Positions 59,521 through 64,000 of a DNA stretch of 64,000 nt are shown piece by piece. How positions within the stretch are numbered: position 1 is the stretch's first letter; each line of letters begins with the position of its first letter. The stretch lies in NCBI GenBank assembly GCA_002633005.1, contig NMRA01000048.1, positions 62,001 to 126,000 of the forward strand, read 5' to 3'. The notes under the pieces were generated by a model. It had not been told where the DNA came from and ran no database searches. It worked only from the letters and a program-made list of their open reading frames with translations. This stretch comes from Phoronis australis. Its lineage: Eukaryota > Animalia > Phoronida. Made by a program: the position numbers and the translations under genes.

Positions 59521-61819
59521 GACTCATCTTCCTGAACTTTTGGGTGTTGGGAAAGCAACAATTCTGTTCCATACTCGTCGCCATCCGCAAAAACTACACC
59601 TTCTCTATCCTCGTCGTCATCGGCAAACATCAGTTCTCTTGCAGCTGCTTGTATGCATTACGCCGTCACCAGCCCCGCAACCATTTGCATGTTTTACATC
59701 TTTCTGATTTATGTGGCTATCGTCAAACATGAACTCTCTCTTCGCGTTATGTTGACCGACGTCCTCCCGTCTTTTCTCAACATCGTTCTTAACACCATGC
59801 TTCAATTCTTTAGTACTGAGAATCAAAAGAGATTCACCTGACAATAAAATGCCTAATAATTCTACACAGGGAGAGGCCATTTTGCCGTCGCAGTTTGTTT
59901 TGCTGCTTTAATATATAAAATTCAACTATTTTTCTCCGCATGAAAATGTTTAGTCTACTTAATATATGTTTAAAACATTTCATCACAGCATAGGTTGTAT
60001 GTTTCTGTTCACATACGTACTGGTACGCACGCATGTTTGTGTGACAAGTTAGTGCACTTTGTTGTGTGGTCAATAAATGGTTTAAAGACCTTCCGTTTTT
60101 CACTTGTATAGACAGTGCAGAGGTATAACGAATCGTACAGTACACATAGTCGAAGTGTACGCTGCCTAGATAAAATCACCTTGACTTTGAAAGTGGTAAG
60201 AACATGCAAAGTCGTGCACGAATAGCAGATCACCTTTGCAACAACTGGCGTGGCACTGCGGGACCATGCTCCCCAATTCGTGGAAAAATTCTCCCCCAAT
60301 CAAAACCCGTTTCAGTTTTGCCCTTAGTGTTCCAAGTTTGTTCACTACAAAGTGCTAACGAGATTACCACTTACTTCAGCGTTTGGATCCCCTGTTGTAT
60401 AAGCCTATTTCTGACTATAGCGGTGTTTGCAAGTTTTGGGTGAAACATCCTGTAGCTCAAGCTAAGTAGGCTTTCTTATCACAGCAGAGAGCTTTATTTA
60501 CTTTTCGATCATTGCTAGAAGTCGAACGCTCTGACGCTGAGTCAAATCCCACGCGTTAAGTGGCAAAGTATTTCAAACGTGAAGTGGTCAAGGCGCTGGC
60601 CCTGATTTCATCGAATGATTGTCAGATAACGGCGAAACTTGGCGACTTGAAATAAAATCACAAAAACACAACGGTTTAGTTTTGGTTTAAGCTAATAAGA
60701 ATTCTATGTCATTCCAACAACAGCCTTCAACATGCGTAATTCGGCCATAAACCCGACAACGTCCCTTTAAGTGTCAAGATTGGCTTACATTTTAGCAGAA
60801 AAAAATTTCTGCGATTTTCCAGGGATTTCTGTTAAAGTGGTCGTGGCAGCTGTTATTGTACCATCGTTTAGAAAATTTGGCATTTCAACCAAACTGTTAG
60901 ATCCAGCGAATCAGAGAGCGGGGAAATATAAACACTAGAAACGTCCTCCGTCCTCGCCCAAAAACATGTTGGCAAGCCAACGGTCTGCTGAATAAACGGT
61001 CGAGAATGGGAGTCGAAATAAGCATGTCCAAAGTAAAATGAATGGGCTTGTCTAACGTGTAGCACAAAATAATGTTCTTTTTATTTTGTCTAAAGTGAGT
61101 CTAATGTGTGTAACATACGGCGATGACAGTACATGTGACTTACGGAAACTATACCAGAACAACAATTACGCCAGATTACCAACGTCCACGAACAACACTA
61201 CGCTGTCTAATCACACAAAGACACTTTTGCCCACTGTTACCTGCGCTATTGGTTAGCTTAATTTACCGGCTGTCCTGGTCGTGTCACCGAAATTAAATTA
61301 CAAACCTGCGTTTCATTCAAGTTGCGAACCTTTTATTCAGACCGCTGGCCGCTGAAACTCAGATTGTTCTTCGCTCTCACGAGACGTGACTTTTGGGTTG
61401 CAAAGATCTGACTAGCTCGCTAAGCTTACTCCTTGGGGCCCAGCTCAGCGCATATGCCACGTCGTGATTAGTCATCTTATAGAGCTCGGTCTCGAACAAT
61501 CATGAAATGTCTGTACGTTGAAAGAACTGAAATCACCTCCAATTTGACTACAGAGCATTTTAAGACCAGTTTCATAACGGCATTTGTTTTCCTTGTGATG
61601 GAAGCTAGTCATACGTAGTTGTAACGCGAAAAACCGAATAAATTGCATTATTCAAAGTGGTTCTCTGCCACTGAAACAGATTTTATGATGTTCACCAGGT
61701 TTCTTAATGTTTTGTTTGTAAAAATTTAGAATTTCTGGTGATGTCAAGGCATTTTTCTTTTAACTTGAAGTTTCAAAAAACGATCTGTCGTCTGCTCGTC
61801 ACATTTCCCTTATATGGAA

Positions 61820-64000
61820 AATGTGAACTTTAACATTTATTGTTAACAAAACAATGGCGAGTTCAAGCAGCAGCCAGCCCGATTAAGGGGAAACTGATGT
61901 AAGTCCTTACTGCTCAAAATTTGTCATAAAGTTATCGAACTATTCAATACATTCTAAAATGCACTTGCACTACTTTTTGGGAAGTCGCTTTCTTCACTGG
62001 CTTGCCTCATGCTGTACAGTCGACATCCGATTCGGAGGGCGATCACCCGCTGTTAATATCCTTCTCGTCAGTCAACTGTATGTCAAGTGACTGTGAGCGC
62101 ATGCGCGCATTTATCTTAAGTCGGAGGGAGATCAGTAACTCTGTGGTGACTACAGAGTTGTTTTTTTTTCTTAGCGCTTATTTCAAAAATCGTGAATTTT
62201 GTGATCTTTGCTGGAAATTCCCTCACAAAGGAAAGTGAATAACTCTATAGTAGACATTGCAAGATGGTACTTTTGTCAGGGATTGAGAAGCTTTCGCTTT
62301 CCATGCTTCTTTAAAAGTGCAGCACAAAAGCACTACCAAACACGTTTCCTAGGTGTTTCAATCGATCTGACATTTTAAGGAAACTATGTTGATGATTTAG
62401 TTATCCATAAATGGGATCAAAGAATTGCGAATATGCTGTTTGCGATTGTGTTACTCCATGCCTCTAACCGGGACCGGTAACAGCAGTAACACATCCAAAA
62501 ATCCCTGTTGTGCGTTTATGTACGGATAAGACTTCCGCCATATTTGTTATGCGCGTGTGCGACTTCGTAACGTGGAATGTCCCGGGCGTGGCCTAAATGC
62601 TCTGACCCATCCGCCGTCACGCGCGTGACAGGCGCGACCATAGGAACAATGTGTCAGCATTTATTCAGCGTTCATATGCCATCCGATGTGATGGTAGATC
62701 GTAGTCAGATCAACCATCTGAAAATACATGTGAACTCTTGTCAGAGGTCCGGCCTGCCTTTTTATCATTCGATTACAAAACAGACGGCCCATCAGTCTTC
62801 TTACTGTGCGATCCAATGACGTAGTTCGCGGTGAGAATACTCACCCTGTGATGAACGCACGGGATTGGCCAGAGTATTAACATTTTGTACATTGATGTTA
62901 TGTTAAATTTCCTGTCCTTGTGAATGCTCGTTTCAAGCGTCTTATCTGCCATCTGGTCTACCCTCCACATGCCGTGTTGTACCAGTATTTCGAGTTGTCT
63001 ATTTGTCTCAGTTATTCGCGATACCCATCTGCAGTGGCGGATCTAGGATATCACAAGGGGGGGCCCAACATTTTGTCCGGCTGTAAGCATTTGCGCAAAC
63101 TGAACCACGATTGTAGATGCGCATAGCACCGAATGGGGGTAGGTCGGGAGGGGGGCAAACCCCCCTCCCGCCCAGGAAATTTTTCTGTTTTTACCTCTAA
63201 AAATCAAGCATTTTCCTTGATTCCTCANAATGTGACCTTTAACATTTATTGTTAACAAAACAATGGCGAGTTCAAGCAGCAGCCAGCCCGATTAAGGGGA
63301 AACTGATGTAAGTCCTTACTGCTCAAAATTTGTCATAAAGTTATCGAACTATTCAATACATTCTAAAATGCACTTGCACTACTTTGTGGGAAATCGCTTT
63401 CTTCACTGGCTTGCCTCATGCTGTACAGTCGACATCCGATTCGGAGGGCAATCACCCGCTGTTAACATCCTTCTCGTCAGTCAACTGTATGTCAAGTGAC
63501 TGTGAGCGCATGCGCGCATTTATCTTAAGTCGGAGGGAGATCAGTAACTCTGTGGTGACTACAGAGTTGTTTTTTTTTTCTTAGCGCTTATTTCAAAAAT
63601 CGTGAATTTTGTGATCTTTGCTGGAAATTCCCTCACAAAGGAAAGTGAATAACTCTATAGTAGACATTGCAAGATGGTACTTTTGTTAGGAATTGAGAAG
63701 CTTTCGCTTTCCATGCTTCTTTAAAAGTGCAGCACAAAAGCACTACCAAACACATTTCCTAGGTGTTTCAATCGATCTGACATTTTAAGGAAACTATGTT
63801 GAAGATTTAGTTATCCATAAATGGGGTCAAAAAATTGCGAATATGCTGTTTGCGATTGTGTTACTCCGGGACCGGTAACAGTTTCAAACAGCAGTAACAC
63901 ATCCAAAAATCCCTGTTGTGCCTTTATGTACGGATAAGACTTCCGCCATATTTGTTATGCGCGTGTGCGACTTCGTAACGTGGAATGTCCCGGGCGTGGC
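61820..64000. repeat. Near-identical direct duplication (61820-62592 and 63229-64000)
   Basis: The second copy starts immediately after a single N at 63228 and differs by scattered substitutions and small indels. Confidence 0.92.

Noticed and set aside
59111-59707. Mucin-like Ser/Thr/Pro ORF (SSWPPSQMTTS)n as a cadherin exon
   Set aside because: It is open only because the unit is 33 bp and spans Ns; I found no convincing splice sites, and it would interrupt a cadherin repeat.
62240-62545. THAP-like zinc finger remnant on the minus strand
   Set aside because: It needs several frameshifts to give only a vague C..HF..RKLL.P pattern, which is not enough support.

Overview
AT-rich, intron-rich eukaryotic DNA from an invertebrate animal (lophotrochozoan/mollusc-like is my guess; it is not prokaryotic). 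I reconstructed four spliced genes by hand from GT-AG sites and codon phase. (1) The 3' part of an E74/ELF ETS transcription factor (+, 3433-19346). (2) A complete 13-exon SUGT1/SGT1 co-chaperone (-, 23507-35069). (3) Nocturnin, head-to-head with SUGT1 (+, 37420-39194). (4) The 5' part of a signal-peptide, multi-cadherin-repeat gene with degenerate calcium linkers (+, 43584 to beyond 57941). One cadherin intron holds a defective PIF/Harbinger element (50045-55618) with an apparently intact pogo-superfamily DD35D transposon nested inside it (50464-53413); that transposase ends in a PHD-like finger. There are also many MITEs, hAT and Tc1/mariner relics, three minisatellites, an assembly gap and a probable haplotype duplication. 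The most unusual observations are: SUGT1 intron 11 has tandem-duplicated donor and acceptor sites plus an antisense HDV-like ribozyme fold of RTE type; a MITE with a 10-bp target-site duplication sits 40 nt after the nocturnin stop codon; and nuclear-receptor motifs recur in the E74 introns. Most short ORFs in the supplied track are spurious.
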